Shown piece by piece: positions 51,703-62,931 of a stretch of DNA of 64,000 nucleotides. The stretch is from Gammaproteobacteria bacterium. GTDB taxonomy: Bacteria; Pseudomonadota; Gammaproteobacteria; UBA4575. Under the pieces are notes generated by a model. That model searched no databases and was not told the DNA's origin. It saw only the letters and a program-made list of their open reading frames with translations. Made by a program: the position numbers and the translations under genes. The number at the start of each line of letters is the position of its first letter. The stretch's first letter is position 1. The DNA lies in the NCBI GenBank assembly GCA_965222615.1, contig CBDCUI010000008.1:416001-480000 (forward strand), read 5' to 3'.

Positions 51703-52690
51703 GGGCCTGAATAATAAAACATTTTTAATTGTTGGTGGTGCAGGTTATATTGGCTCACATATGACACTTATGCTTCATGAGTTGGGTCATCAAGTAATCG
51801 TTGTGGATAATTTGTCTACTGGCTTTGAGGATGCAGTAATCGGCGCTGAATTAATTTGCGCTGATATTCAAGACTATGCAATGCTCGATCAGCTTTTTAA
51901 GGGGCGCGATATTGATGTCGTGATGCACTTTGCGGCACATATCGATGTGGGCGAATCCGTTCGCGATCCATTTAAATATTACCGTAACAATGTAGTCGCG
52001 ACACAGACTTTGCTGGAATGCATGGTTGCCAACGAGATAAATAATTTTGTGTTCTCATCTACCGCGGCAATTTTTGGTGAACCTGAATATGTGCCTATTG
52101 ATGAGACTCATCCTAAATCTCCAATCAATCCATATGGGCATAGCAAGCTCATTGTTGAGCAGATGTTGGAGAGCTACGATCAAGCCTATGGACTTAAATC
52201 GATATGTCTGCGTTATTTCAATGCAGCCGGAGCAGATCCAAAAACCAGATTAGGTGAAAGGCATGATCCGGAAACACATTTAATTCCTTTAGTGTTGCAA
52301 GCCGCATCAGGAAGGCGTGAATCCATTAGCATATTTGGTGACGACTACGACACGATGGATGGTACTTGTGTGCGAGACTACATTCATATCCTAGATTTGT
52401 GTAAGGCGCATTTACTGGCAACTGAATACATGTTGCAAAAGAGTGCAAGTGGGCAATTTAACTTAGGTAATGGAAGTGGCTATACAGTCAAACAAGTAAT
52501 CGACACGGTGAAAAAAGTAACCAATAAAAATTTAAATGTGAATTTAGCAACTAGGCGAGATGGTGATCCTGCAAAACTCGTAGCTGATGCAACGCTTGCC
52601 AAGCAAACGCTTAATTGGTCAACGGATTACCCTGCTTTAGAAGAAATAGTAGAGCATGCATGGAAATGGGAGCTTAAATATAGGGCTTAG
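51701..52690 (+). CDS. galE: UDP-glucose 4-epimerase
   Basis: GGAGYIGSH, FSSTAA, YGHSK, LRYFNAAGA, DGTCVRDYIH. Confidence 0.96.
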
Positions 52691-52940
52691 CCTTTGATAA
52701 ATAAAAATCAAACCATAAAAAATTACCTATATTTAACAACTGCTTATATACAATCGAATAATTCCTTCCTTATTTTTTCCATAATTGGAATGGGAATCTT
52801 TGGCTCGATAGCTGAGTCTCAACCTCTAACACAGATATATTTTGAATAATTCTATGTAGACAACATAACTGTGTAAACGAAACACGTTATTGAACGTTTT
52901 AATGATTAATCAGTACTAATTTATTGTGGAGGGATTTGTC

Positions 52941-53408
52941 ATGTATAGGAATTTGATGTTATCTATCATTTTTGCTGGCAGTGTATTTTTAAGTGGTTGT
53001 GCAACCTATCATCCGCCGAATAAAGAAACGCAAGCCACTGTAGCAGGTGGTGTTATCGGTGGAGTGTTAGGCTCTACCATTGGCGATGGGCGAGGGCAGG
53101 TATGGGCTGCGGCAACAGGTACTTTAATTGGTGCACTTGTGGGCGCACATGTTGGACGACAACTGGATGAGCTGGATCGTCGTCGTGCAGGATATACGTT
53201 AGAAACTGCACGTACCGGTACTTCAAAAGGATGGGTCAATCCAGACTCTGGAACTGAATATAGAGTGACTCCTACGCGTACTTATGACTCAGGTTATGGA
53301 ACCCCGTGTCGTGAATTTACTATGGATGCGGAAGTTGGAGGCCGAGTAGAACAGGTCTATGGAACTGCCTGTCGACAAGCCGATGGTAGTTGGAAGATGC
53401 AAGCATAA
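52941..53408 (+). CDS. 17-kDa surface-antigen-type lipoprotein with glycine zipper
   Basis: LSGC lipobox, Gly zipper, WVNPDSG, CREF, YGTACRQADGSW. Confidence 0.9.
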   Translation: MYRNLMLSIIFAGSVFLSGCATYHPPNKETQATVAGGVIGGVLGSTIGDGRGQVWAAATGTLIGALVGAHVGRQLDELDRRRAGYTLETARTGTSKGWVNPDSGTEYRVTPTRTYDSGYGTPCREFTMDAEVGGRVEQVYGTACRQADGSWKMQA

Positions 53409-53451
53409 CTGAGGAAAGCCCAGTAACATGGGCAAATGACATGGAGTGTTT

Positions 53452-53480
53452 AAAAAGCCCCGCATAGGCGGGGCTTTTTT
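53452..53480 (+). terminator. intrinsic terminator
   Basis: aaaaagccccgc-atag-gcggggcttttt. Confidence 0.9.
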
Positions 53481-53484
53481 ATCT

Positions 53485-53700
53485 AAGGAAGTTCTGATTT
53501 ATTCTGATATGTCCCTAAAAAATTGATTATGGAAAATGTCTCGAGGTGCTCATGTATTTGCCTATACATTCCGCATTGACTCGCACCTTCCTGGTGCTCG
53601 GCCTACGGCTAGTAAAGCTTCCCAAATCTGCTCCCGGCAGATTTGTCTCGACATTTTTTGCCTAATTTCAGTCACTACGTTAATAAATCAGAGCTTCCTT
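53485..53700. mobile_element. MITE-like element, copy 3, with a nested ~73-bp hairpin insertion
   Basis: Terminal IR aaggaagttctgatttatt / aataaatcagagcttcctt (18/19); core tgctcatgta...tacattccgc. Confidence 0.75.
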
Positions 53701-53736
53701 TAAGTGTAGAAGCAGAAATAGGTTTTGTTATAGAGT

Positions 53737-54291
53737 TTAAATTGTGTCTTGTTTCATGTGTTGGGCAAGCCAGGATTTAATTGCCCAAGGATATACTTCT
53801 TCAGACTTCGTTATGTCACTCCATCCATGCTCTATGTAATACTGATACACATCTGTGTCATGAATACATTGTACTTGAGTGGGTTTATTGCTTTGATTGA
53901 TACCAGTAGTATCAGATTCAACACGAAATGCATAAAGATCTGGTGAAGTTTGATCCTCTTGGTCTTTATACACAATAGTTAAATACGAGAACTCAGCATC
54001 TTTACGATGCAGTAATTTGTAGTCATTTATTTCCCACTTTTCTGCAGAATCATTTGCACTATTCTCCGTGATCATTGTGTCTTCTTTTTCGAATTGTTTG
54101 AAATAGTTACTAAACTCATCATCAGGTAAGTCGGATACAGAAAGCTCCAAGCCTTCTGTCCTGCGATCACCTTTCAAACGTCGATTTTTCTCAACGGTTT
54201 TACCATTATTATCTTTCAATGGAAAAGACACATTTTGACTATCATCTGTACGCCGGTCTTTTCCAGAGCGCCGATCATATTTAAGTTCCAT
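53737..54291 (-). CDS. hypothetical protein with Arg-rich N-terminal module
   Basis: DRRSGKDRR...FPLKD...NRRLKGDRR; AAGG RBS. Confidence 0.75.
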   Translation of the reverse strand: MELKYDRRSGKDRRTDDSQNVSFPLKDNNGKTVEKNRRLKGDRRTEGLELSVSDLPDDEFSNYFKQFEKEDTMITENSANDSAEKWEINDYKLLHRKDAEFSYLTIVYKDQEDQTSPDLYAFRVESDTTGINQSNKPTQVQCIHDTDVYQYYIEHGWSDITKSEEVYPWAIKSWLAQHMKQDTI

Positions 54292-54361
54292 ATCTTTTCG
54301 CCTTAGTAATATTCACCACAACAAAAGTACGTAAAATAATACCAGTCAAGCAAACATTAAG

Positions 54362-54377
54362 TGTGAACTCATTCACA
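54362..54377. promoter_or_regulatory. CRP/Vfr-type binding site
   Basis: TGTGA-actcat-TCACA, 70 bp upstream of 53737..54291. Confidence 0.55.
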
Positions 54378-54511
54378 TCAGGTAATCCATTTAGCTGGGT
54401 AATTACACCTTTAGGAACTACAAGTCGTATTGTCGTTCAAAGTCGAGTTGGGTTATAAAGAAACTCATTTCTTTAAAATTTAAGTAATGAGATAAATCAG
54501 TGATGTACAAA

Positions 54512-57328
54512 CTATGAGGCCAAAGCGGTTGGATGGTCATTATCAAAGGGAAGCTGAGTTTCAGTTTGAGATATTTTTTGCGCATCACTCGCTTGTTCAC
54601 TAGCACTAAAAAAAGCTACCAGCTGATAGAGTTCTTTGGCTTGCTGTGCTAAATCCTCGCTAGCAGCTGTTGCTTCTTCGGCCATTGCTGCATTTTGACT
54701 AGTCAAAGATTGCAAGTGCCCCATTGCTTGATGGACTTGATTGACACCAAGTGATTGTTCATCCGCTGCAGTAGAAATTTCACCAACAATGGTTGTCACT
54801 TTTTCCACACCATTTACAATTTCACTGAGGGTTTCTCCCGATCTTGTTACTAACTTAGAACCACATTGTACTTTCTGTACACTGTCTTCAATTAATTCCT
54901 TGATTTCTTTTGCTGCAGTAGCACTGCGCTCGGCAAGATTTCTTACTTCATTTGCTACGACAGCAAAACCGCGTCCTTCAGTACCTGCTCGTGCAGCCTC
55001 AACCGAGGCATTTAGGGCTAGCAAATTAGTCTGAAACGCGATTTCATCAATTACACCTATGATTTCAGCAATTTGGTTGCTCGCTAGGCTTATCTGTTCC
55101 ATCGCATCGACTGCTTCTTTCACTACGTCGCCTCCATGAATTGCACATTCACGTGCTTCACACGCTAAATTTTTTGCTCGATTGGCATTGGAAGCTGTAT
55201 GTTGAACTGTAGAGGTAATCTCATTCATACTTGCAGCTGTTTCTTCTAGGTTTGTCGCTTGTTTTTCGGTGCGGCCGCTCAAATTGTTATTTCCTTCTGC
55301 GATGCTTGCAACTTTAATATTGACAGAAGCGGATGCTTGCTGAATTTTATTCACTACTTCCGTTAATTTTGCAACGGTTGCATTGGCATCTTTTTTTAAT
55401 TTTTCAAACGCACCTTCAAAATCATCGGCAATGCTTTCATTAAGATTTCCATGAGATACAGCTTCAAGCACACGACCTGTAGCAGAAAATACTTTGGTTA
55501 TCATATCCAGTGATGAATTAAGATTAGTTTTCATTTCCCCCAATTGACCAGGTAAATCATTCTCAACACGTGAATCAAGGTTGCCCTTGGCAACCATTGA
55601 CATTACTTGATGAATGCTACTTAGAGCATCATCAATGGATTGCATGGAACGATTGACGTGTTGTCCAAATTTATTGAACTCTCCTTTTAGTTCAGATGTC
55701 ATTCGGCGTTTGAAATCTCCTCGAACCAATGCATCCATTAATTCATTCAAAGAATCCATAGTTTTATCGATAGAATCCGCAGAAGTATTTACACTATTTT
55801 TGAGTTTTTCTAAATCGCCGTGCACGTTAGAAATTACTCGCCGACTAAAATCGCCTTGTGCAATACCACTTACAACCTCATTTACATCATGAATAGTTTT
55901 CTCTAAGTTGTTTAACAAGTCATTAAAACTATCTGCCGATTGGCCAATCTCGTCATTACTTGCAATGGCAACTCGCCGACTGAAATCGCCGGTAGTGATG
56001 ATATCTACCATAGTTTTTCTCATCGCTTCTATTGGTTTTGCAATCCCCTTAGCAAATTTTAATGCAGCCATGACTAATATAATCACTACGATTAGAGACA
56101 ACCCAGCAATTTGAAATTTGATTCTGTTTAACGATGCAAATGCTTCTTTAGCCTCTATATCAACCACCAATGCCCAGTTAAGTGGACCAAAACTAACTGG
56201 ACCATAACTTGAAAGCACCTCTGTACCAGCATAATTTTTTGACTCTAATACACCTGTTTCAGCAATTCCCTTGCGAATCGTTTCACTAACTATTTTTATA
56301 TTCTTTTTAAAAGATGTTTCGACTGAGTACAATTTTGGGTTTTTATAGGAATCAGATCGTAATAAACCGTCAGATCCTACAAGATAAGCCTCTCCAGTTT
56401 CTCCCATCCCGGAGCGCGTATTCATAATTGCTGATATTTTGTCTAAGGGCATCTGAAATATCAGTGCGCCTACCTTCTTATTGCCGTCAAATATGGGCGT
56501 TGCAATAAAACTGGCTGGTGATGCATAAGAAGGTAAATAGGGTGCATAATCTAGTAGTATAAATTCATCGTTTGATGTTAATTGATTGGCTTGTTTAAAA
56601 GCCTCAGCTAAGCCTGTGTCTGCAAATGGCCCATTAATTAGACTAGTGGCATAGTCTAGTTCTTTAAAGACAGAATACACGACCCTGCCTTGTTCGTTGT
56701 CCACTAAAAATATATCGTAATATCCAAATGCCTTAAGAAATTTTCTTAGACTTGGATGAATCAAAGCATGTGCAGCATCGTAATTTGTGTTTAACGAGGA
56801 AGCATCTTGATTATCTTTATTACCTAACGAAGCTGAATTGTTATAGATGTATGCATGCTGTAAAGCGATGGCTTCAGGACTTAGTTTGTCGAGAAGCTTA
56901 TCTACATCGATATCTTGTTGTTCGTTTAGTTCTTTGAATTGACGTAGAAATTCATTACGATAATAAAGCGAAAGCTCTTTCTTTAGTTTTGGTACATTAT
57001 CAAGGTCGTTTGAATCTTGTAAAAATTTTTCATATCCAACTTGAATTTTCTGAATGCCATCAATTAGTTCGCGACTTGAAGATAAAGTCAATACTTGTTG
57101 GATAATTGTGTCGCTATAGTTTTCGACTGCTTGTATTTTGCTATCACGTAAAGACTCAAGCTGACTATAAGCTTGGTTGGTTATATTATTGTGTGATTGC
57201 CAAACAGCGATGCATGCAGTAATTAACATTGGGATCATACCAATGGGAATAAATGCCGTAACAAGTTTATGTTTAAGACTGCTTTTTACAAGTGCCTTTA
57301 GTGAGCCAGATTGATTTCTAGTGATCAT
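54512..57328 (-). CDS. methyl-accepting chemotaxis protein (Cache sensor, poly-HAMP, signalling domain)
   Basis: Two TM helices, GYYDIFL...YSVFKELDYAT, GETGEAYLVG, IAFQTNLLALNASVEAARAG. Confidence 0.95.
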   Translation of the reverse strand: MITRNQSGSLKALVKSSLKHKLVTAFIPIGMIPMLITACIAVWQSHNNITNQAYSQLESLRDSKIQAVENYSDTIIQQVLTLSSSRELIDGIQKIQVGYEKFLQDSNDLDNVPKLKKELSLYYRNEFLRQFKELNEQQDIDVDKLLDKLSPEAIALQHAYIYNNSASLGNKDNQDASSLNTNYDAAHALIHPSLRKFLKAFGYYDIFLVDNEQGRVVYSVFKELDYATSLINGPFADTGLAEAFKQANQLTSNDEFILLDYAPYLPSYASPASFIATPIFDGNKKVGALIFQMPLDKISAIMNTRSGMGETGEAYLVGSDGLLRSDSYKNPKLYSVETSFKKNIKIVSETIRKGIAETGVLESKNYAGTEVLSSYGPVSFGPLNWALVVDIEAKEAFASLNRIKFQIAGLSLIVVIILVMAALKFAKGIAKPIEAMRKTMVDIITTGDFSRRVAIASNDEIGQSADSFNDLLNNLEKTIHDVNEVVSGIAQGDFSRRVISNVHGDLEKLKNSVNTSADSIDKTMDSLNELMDALVRGDFKRRMTSELKGEFNKFGQHVNRSMQSIDDALSSIHQVMSMVAKGNLDSRVENDLPGQLGEMKTNLNSSLDMITKVFSATGRVLEAVSHGNLNESIADDFEGAFEKLKKDANATVAKLTEVVNKIQQASASVNIKVASIAEGNNNLSGRTEKQATNLEETAASMNEITSTVQHTASNANRAKNLACEARECAIHGGDVVKEAVDAMEQISLASNQIAEIIGVIDEIAFQTNLLALNASVEAARAGTEGRGFAVVANEVRNLAERSATAAKEIKELIEDSVQKVQCGSKLVTRSGETLSEIVNGVEKVTTIVGEISTAADEQSLGVNQVHQAMGHLQSLTSQNAAMAEEATAASEDLAQQAKELYQLVAFFSASEQASDAQKISQTETQLPFDNDHPTALAS

Positions 57329-58180
57329 ATATGTTTAATTAGTTCATCGAATGAATTTATTTATTAAACATTTATGTTTGCGCAGAAATAAAATTTGCCT
57401 TCTGCACTGCCCGATTTGACTAAGGCAGTGATATAAAAATTTAGTATATATAATGTATATGACGGCAATTATTGTTTTATATGCATTCGGATTGTCGGTT
57501 TAAAAATGATTTTCATCAAAAAAATACAAATTCCTTTCTGCATTGCACACGTTTATATTGTTGATTACGTTTCTGGTATCTAGTTGATATATCAACTTTT
57601 ATTTGAAATTTTTAGTAAACCGTATGCTCAGATATTGACTTTAGCAGTGCTAATATTGCATCAGTGAGTTTTAGTTGGCTCAATAGGATTAGACCCAACT
57701 AGCTTATCTACTAAATATGGAAAATATATTGTGTGATTTGCTAAATTCTTAGCAGAAAATTTAGAGAAATATTTATTGAACTATTTACTATTACTTATAT
57801 GTAATTAGTCTTGTTCATATAAGCAATCGATAAACTCTGTTGACTCTTCGTTTAGTATTTCAATGTTCCATATTTGGTTGGATAATCTACTTTCTAGAAG
57901 AAAAGTATTTTCACTCAGTTTTGTAAGGAAGTATAAATGTGACAACTGTTTATCTACTTCTAAATTCATGAAGAATTCCTGTATTAATCTGAGATAACCT
58001 AATACACACCGTAGCAAACATTTTTTTACGAAAGTGTTAAATAGGTCTATTCTAATAGACCGTTTACACCGCTGATTTCACCCATTGAGAAATTTCTGCA
58101 GAGAAAAAATAAAATCCCTTAAACAGAAGTCACAATAATCTTTTTTCTTATACGGTATTTATCATCCACAGTTTAGAAAA

Positions 58181-58641
58181 AAGGTGTCGCTTCGCGACAG
58201 ATCCATTTGCGTGTACTACCAGGTCACATCCATAGTAGGTTGTTAGAACTGCTAGGTAACATGTGACCTATTTTTTTGGGTGAGAAAAGAACATGTGTTA
58301 CTTGCGTGACAACTTCTATTTGGGTGGGATACTCAAGTTATACTGGTTTTGTGTGCCTTCGGCACAATTAATTTGCAGGCAATAGCCGCCTAATTTGAAA
58401 AGGAATCGCTACGCGATATTTGATTTGCGCATAATACCCATGCGCACGTGTGATACCGAGGAGAGGATTGAACCAGGTCGCACCCACTAAAATAAAGAAA
58501 TGAGAAATTCTATCGTGCGACCTATTACTGCTTAGTCAAAAAAATTTCAGGAGTATTTGGAGGTAGGTCTTCTCTTCGTATACAGCATATTCTATTTTGA
58601 GAAGGTGTCGCTTCGCGACAGATCCATTTGCGTGTAATACC
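58181..58641. repeat. three ~200-220-bp-spaced repeats downstream of tRNA-Leu, one with a degenerate tRNA 3' end
   Basis: aaggtgtcgcttcgcgacagatccatttgcgtgta at 58181 and 58602; diverged copy at 58400 followed by gtgtgataccgaggagaggattgaacc. Confidence 0.8.
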
Positions 58642-58653
58642 CACACGCAAGTG

Positions 58654-58740
58654 TGGTGCCGAGGAGAGGACTTGAACCTCCACGGGATTGCTCCCACTAG
58701 CACCTGAAGCTAGCGCGTCTACCAATTTCGCCACCTCGGC
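58654..58740 (-). tRNA. tRNA-Leu(CAG)
   Basis: GCCGAGG acceptor stem, anticodon arm CTAGC-TTCAGGT-GCTAG, long variable arm, GGTTCAAGTCC, encoded CCA. Confidence 0.97.
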
Positions 58741-58896
58741 TTTTGAACGATTTTCGATCAGATAGACCGGAAAGGTGTCGAACTCTAGCGAAGGGCAACT
58801 TCCTTTGTCAACGCAGTATAAATTTGTCCTTATGTGTCTGGATGAAATGTATTGGATTTTCAGTTGTGTTTAGAAAAGGGTAAAGTGCGTTCACCC

Positions 58897-61122
58897 ATGG
58901 CACGCAAGAATAAGAAAAGATTTAAAGACCCATACGCCAAACGAGAAGCGGCGAAGTACGAACACCCAATAGCAAGTCGTGAGCTCATTCTTGAGATATT
59001 GGAAACTAGTGAAGGACCACTGTCCTTGTCGGCGTTACATGAAGCGTTAGAAGTCGATTCAGATGAGGTTGTTGATGCCCTAGCGCGACGTCTAGGTGCA
59101 ATGGAACGCGATGGTCAAATCATTCGTAATCGGCAAAACCACTATTTACCCATTAATAAAGTTGATTTGGTACGTGGACGAGTGGTGGGTCATCCTGAAG
59201 GGTTTGGGTTTTTGATACCTGACGAAGGTGGGGAAGATCTTTTTTTACCTCCTTATGAAATGCGAGTTTTAATGCATGGTGACCGTGCAATTGTTCGGCC
59301 TGCAGGAAAGTCTAAGCGCGGTAAATTACAGGGCAAGCTCGTTGAAATTATTGAACGCCACAATAAACAAATTGTAGGCAGGTATTATAAAGAAGCTGGA
59401 ATAGGTTTTGTGGTGCCAGATAATAAACGCCTGAATCAAGATGTCATGATTCCGGCAGACCAATCTAATGCGGCGTCAAATGGCCAATTTGTAGTAGTAG
59501 CTATTATCGAGCAACCAAACAAATCTCGACAACCGATTGGCAAAGTGATCGAAGTATTAGGGGATCATTTAGCACCTGGGATGGAGATTGATGTCGCTAT
59601 TCGTTCTTATGACCTTCCATACCAGTGGCCAAAACAAGTACTGCAAGAAGCTGAGCAGTTTAATGCAGACTCGATTCAACAGCAGCTAAATAATCGAAAA
59701 GATTTGCGTGACTTAGCATTTGTAACCATAGACGGTATTGATGCAAAGGATTTTGATGATGCAATATATTGCGAACCACGTGAAAATGGTTGGCGTTTGT
59801 GGGTGGCTATTGCAGATGTCTCGCATTATGTGCAAGCAGATTCGGCACTAGACCAAGAAGCACGCAAACGTGGCACCTCTGTATATTTTCCAGAGCGAGT
59901 TATTCCGATGTTGCCAGAACAACTTTCCAACGAGCTATGCTCACTAAAACCTGATGTCGATCGACTTTGTATGATCTGTGAGATGTTTGTTTCTAAAGAC
60001 GGTGAGTTAAAAAGACATGCGTTTTATGATGCGATTATGTGTTCTGCCGCCAGGCTTACTTATGATGAAGTATATCAAATACTTTATGAAAAAAATAAAC
60101 AGGCGCGTGAGAAACATCATAATTTATTATCTGATCTAGAAAATTTACAAAAGACATATAATGCATTACGCAAACAACGCACGAAGCGTAGTGCAATTGA
60201 TTTTGAAACTAAAGAAACCATTTTTAAATTTGATGAAAATAAAAAAATAAAAACAATTCTTCCGCGCAAACGCAATCAAGCACATATGATTATTGAAGAA
60301 TGTATGATCAGTGCTAATGTTGCAGCGGCAAAATTCATTACAAAGCGTAAATTACCCACTTTATATCGAGTGCACGATGGACCAACCGAAGAAAAACAAA
60401 GAGATTTAAGAGAATTTCTACAATCGTTAGGTGTGGGTTTTACTAAAGCAAACAAAGTCAAGCCAAGTGACTACATGGCGGTAATGAAAAAAATTGCGCA
60501 TAGAAAAGATAAGCATATTATTGAAATTATTTTATTACGTTCTATGGCTCAAGCCGTATACAGCTCAGATAATATTGGTCATTTTGGTTTAGCATTGCCA
60601 CTGTACACCCATTTTACTTCACCGATTCGACGTTATCCTGATCTTATTGTGCATCGCGCGATTCGTCATTTGTTAGATGAAAGAAATAAGAATTCATTTC
60701 CTTTATCACGTAATGATTTGCTTCTTTTGGGCGAAGAATGTTCGATGTGTGAGCGTCGTGCCGATGATGCGACGCGTGATGTAGATGCGTGGCTTAAGTG
60801 TGAGTTTATGCTGGATAAATTAGGGCAACATTTTACTGGCGTGATCAACTCTGTTACTGCGTTTGGATTTTTTGTGATACTTGATGATGTTTTTGTAGAA
60901 GGGCTCGTGCATGTAACTGCACTGAAAAATGATTATTATCATTATGACGAGCAATCACATTGTTTATTTGGTGAAAAAAGCAAAATACGTTATAGCCTAG
61001 GAGACACAGTGGATGTGATTGTGGCTCGTGTAAGTCTGGATGAAAGGAAAATAGATTTTGTTTTAAATGAGTCTGCTAGTAAACAAAGCAAAAAAAAATA
61101 TAAAAGACGCAAAAAACATTAA
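58897..61122 (+). CDS. rnr: ribonuclease R
   Basis: TIDGIDAKDFDDA, RGTSVYFP, YTHFTSPIRRYPD, S1 domain. Confidence 0.97.
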   Translation: MARKNKKRFKDPYAKREAAKYEHPIASRELILEILETSEGPLSLSALHEALEVDSDEVVDALARRLGAMERDGQIIRNRQNHYLPINKVDLVRGRVVGHPEGFGFLIPDEGGEDLFLPPYEMRVLMHGDRAIVRPAGKSKRGKLQGKLVEIIERHNKQIVGRYYKEAGIGFVVPDNKRLNQDVMIPADQSNAASNGQFVVVAIIEQPNKSRQPIGKVIEVLGDHLAPGMEIDVAIRSYDLPYQWPKQVLQEAEQFNADSIQQQLNNRKDLRDLAFVTIDGIDAKDFDDAIYCEPRENGWRLWVAIADVSHYVQADSALDQEARKRGTSVYFPERVIPMLPEQLSNELCSLKPDVDRLCMICEMFVSKDGELKRHAFYDAIMCSAARLTYDEVYQILYEKNKQAREKHHNLLSDLENLQKTYNALRKQRTKRSAIDFETKETIFKFDENKKIKTILPRKRNQAHMIIEECMISANVAAAKFITKRKLPTLYRVHDGPTEEKQRDLREFLQSLGVGFTKANKVKPSDYMAVMKKIAHRKDKHIIEIILLRSMAQAVYSSDNIGHFGLALPLYTHFTSPIRRYPDLIVHRAIRHLLDERNKNSFPLSRNDLLLLGEECSMCERRADDATRDVDAWLKCEFMLDKLGQHFTGVINSVTAFGFFVILDDVFVEGLVHVTALKNDYYHYDEQSHCLFGEKSKIRYSLGDTVDVIVARVSLDERKIDFVLNESASKQSKKKYKRRKKH

Positions 61123-61134
61123 GTTTATTAGATT

Positions 61135-61878
61135 GTGCAAAATATTATTTATGGGTTTCATAGTTGTCTCGCTGCAATACAGCAGAAATCATTTTATATA
61201 CGAGAGGTTTGCTTGTTAGAGTCACGAGAAGATAAACGTATACAGCGAATTCAATCTGAGATTCTTGAAAGGAAAATAACGCATCGATTTGTTACCAAAC
61301 AAGAAATTGAACAAATCTGTGGTGATGCTAACCATCAAGGTGTAGTAGTCATTTGCAACAATCGACAAACTGCAAGTGAAGCAGATTTGCTTGAATACTG
61401 TATGCAGGCACAATCTCCTTTATTGTTACTTGTGCTAGATCAAATAGTAGATCCACATAATTTGGGTGCATGTTTGCGAACCGCAGAAGCCGCTGGCACA
61501 AATGCCGTAATTTGTTCTGCAAGAAAATCGGCAGCACTTACCCCAACAGTGCGTAAAGTTTCTTGTGGGGCATCCGAACGCATACCGCTGGTTATTGCAA
61601 AAAATCTTGTTCGTTATCTAAAAGAATTAAAGCAGTTAGGTATTTGGGTCTATGGAACGCAACCAGATGCAGAGAAGTTGATCTACACGGCTGATTTTAG
61701 TCGCTCTGTGGCATTGGTAATAGGCGCGGAGTCTACAGGCATGCGTCGGCTCACCGCTGAAGCCTGTGATGAATTGCTAAGAATGCCTATGTCAGGTGAT
61801 ATGGCCAGTTTGAATGTATCGGTTGCAGCGGGAATTGGATTATTCGAGGCCGTTCGTCAACGCACTTGTATAGATTGA
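61135..61878 (+). CDS. rlmB: 23S rRNA (G2251-2'-O)-methyltransferase
   Basis: NHQGVV, DPHNLGACLRTA, GAESTGMR, SLNVSVA. Confidence 0.96.
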   Translation: MQNIIYGFHSCLAAIQQKSFYIREVCLLESREDKRIQRIQSEILERKITHRFVTKQEIEQICGDANHQGVVVICNNRQTASEADLLEYCMQAQSPLLLLVLDQIVDPHNLGACLRTAEAAGTNAVICSARKSAALTPTVRKVSCGASERIPLVIAKNLVRYLKELKQLGIWVYGTQPDAEKLIYTADFSRSVALVIGAESTGMRRLTAEACDELLRMPMSGDMASLNVSVAAGIGLFEAVRQRTCID

Positions 61879-61954
61879 TTCTAAAGGGATAATAGGTGAG
61901 AGCTTGCCTGTTGATGTAGCTTCACGTAGACTGCGCTGCTCTTAAAAATACATA

Positions 61955-62006
61955 TGCTCCTTGCTTCACTAGTCTATGTGCTAGGAGGCATATATTCATA
62001 AGGAGA
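61955..62006 (+). promoter_or_regulatory. probable S6:S18 autoregulatory leader of rpsF
   Basis: ctcctt can pair with the AAGGAG RBS; inner gcttc..ctag / ctag.gaggc stem; expected location. Confidence 0.45.
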
Positions 62007-62011
62007 ACTAA

Positions 62012-62485
62012 ATGCGTCACTACGAAATAGTGTTTCTGGTGCATCCTGACCAGAGTGATCAAGTGCCTGCAATGATTGAGCGCTACCGTTCTATCATTGA
62101 GAATCAAGGTAACGGCAAAGTCCACAGATTAGAAGACTGGGGGCGTTTGCAACTTTCATATCCTATACAAAAAGTCCATAAAGCACATTATGTGTTGATG
62201 AACATAGAGTGTGATCAAGAAGTCTTAAATGAAATGACTAGTGCTTTTCGGTTTAACGACGCCGTAATCCGCAATATGGTCATAGCGATGAAAAAAGCAG
62301 TGACAGAAGCTTCGCCAATGATGAAGATTATAGAGAAAGAAAATGCTGAAAGTGAAAAGCAGAGTTCTTTGAAATCTTCAAAGTCATTGGATGAAAGCGA
62401 TAATCCTGGGCAATTAGAAGATTCGTTTCAATCTAAAGATGCAGAAACAGAACAAGAACCCGCTGAGTCGCAGGTATTAGAATAA
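62012..62485 (+). CDS. rpsF: 30S ribosomal protein S6 with acidic C-terminal extension
   Basis: [36 protein letters not shown]. Confidence 0.98.
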   Translation: MRHYEIVFLVHPDQSDQVPAMIERYRSIIENQGNGKVHRLEDWGRLQLSYPIQKVHKAHYVLMNIECDQEVLNEMTSAFRFNDAVIRNMVIAMKKAVTEASPMMKIIEKENAESEKQSSLKSSKSLDESDNPGQLEDSFQSKDAETEQEPAESQVLE

Positions 62486-62529
62486 AGTATAGATGAATAT
62501 GGTATTGAAAAACTATAGAGGTATTTGAT

Positions 62530-62754
62530 ATGGCACATTATTTCCGTAGAAGAAGATATTGCCGCTTTACAGAAGAAGGTATTGAAGAAATCGATTATAA
62601 AGATATTGAGTTGCTAAAAGACTTTATTACTGAGACGGGTAAAATTGTTCCAAGTAGAGTGACTGGCACAAAAGCAAAGTATCAGCGCCAACTATCAACG
62701 GCAATTAAACGTGCGCGATATGTTGCATTGTTGCCATATTGTGATCAACACTAA
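62530..62754 (+). CDS. rpsR: 30S ribosomal protein S18
   Basis: [26 protein letters not shown]. Confidence 0.98.
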   Translation: MAHYFRRRRYCRFTEEGIEEIDYKDIELLKDFITETGKIVPSRVTGTKAKYQRQLSTAIKRARYVALLPYCDQH

Positions 62755-62931
62755 GAACCAATCTCAAAATGCATTTAGCACGTTGATAACGTGTTGTAGA
62801 CCTTTCTCAGGTATTTTCTGTTGTCATGTGAGCTCTACTTTTCAGGGGCTCTGTGCCTTGTCTAAGTACACTATTTACTATTTTGGAATGGACTCTAACT
62901 TTAGTGACGGAGTATTTTTCAATAATTAATC

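Noticed and set aside
57370-57410. Possible c-di-GMP-I riboswitch upstream of the MCP (GGCAAA...GCGCAAA on the minus strand)
   Set aside because: The GNRA-capped stem and the second hairpin are missing.
57805-58017. 70-aa minus-strand ORF in the AT-rich region
   Set aside because: No motif or clear RBS; cannot be distinguished from chance.
58525-58734. 69-aa ORF
   Set aside because: It is a translation of the tRNA-Leu gene and its flank.
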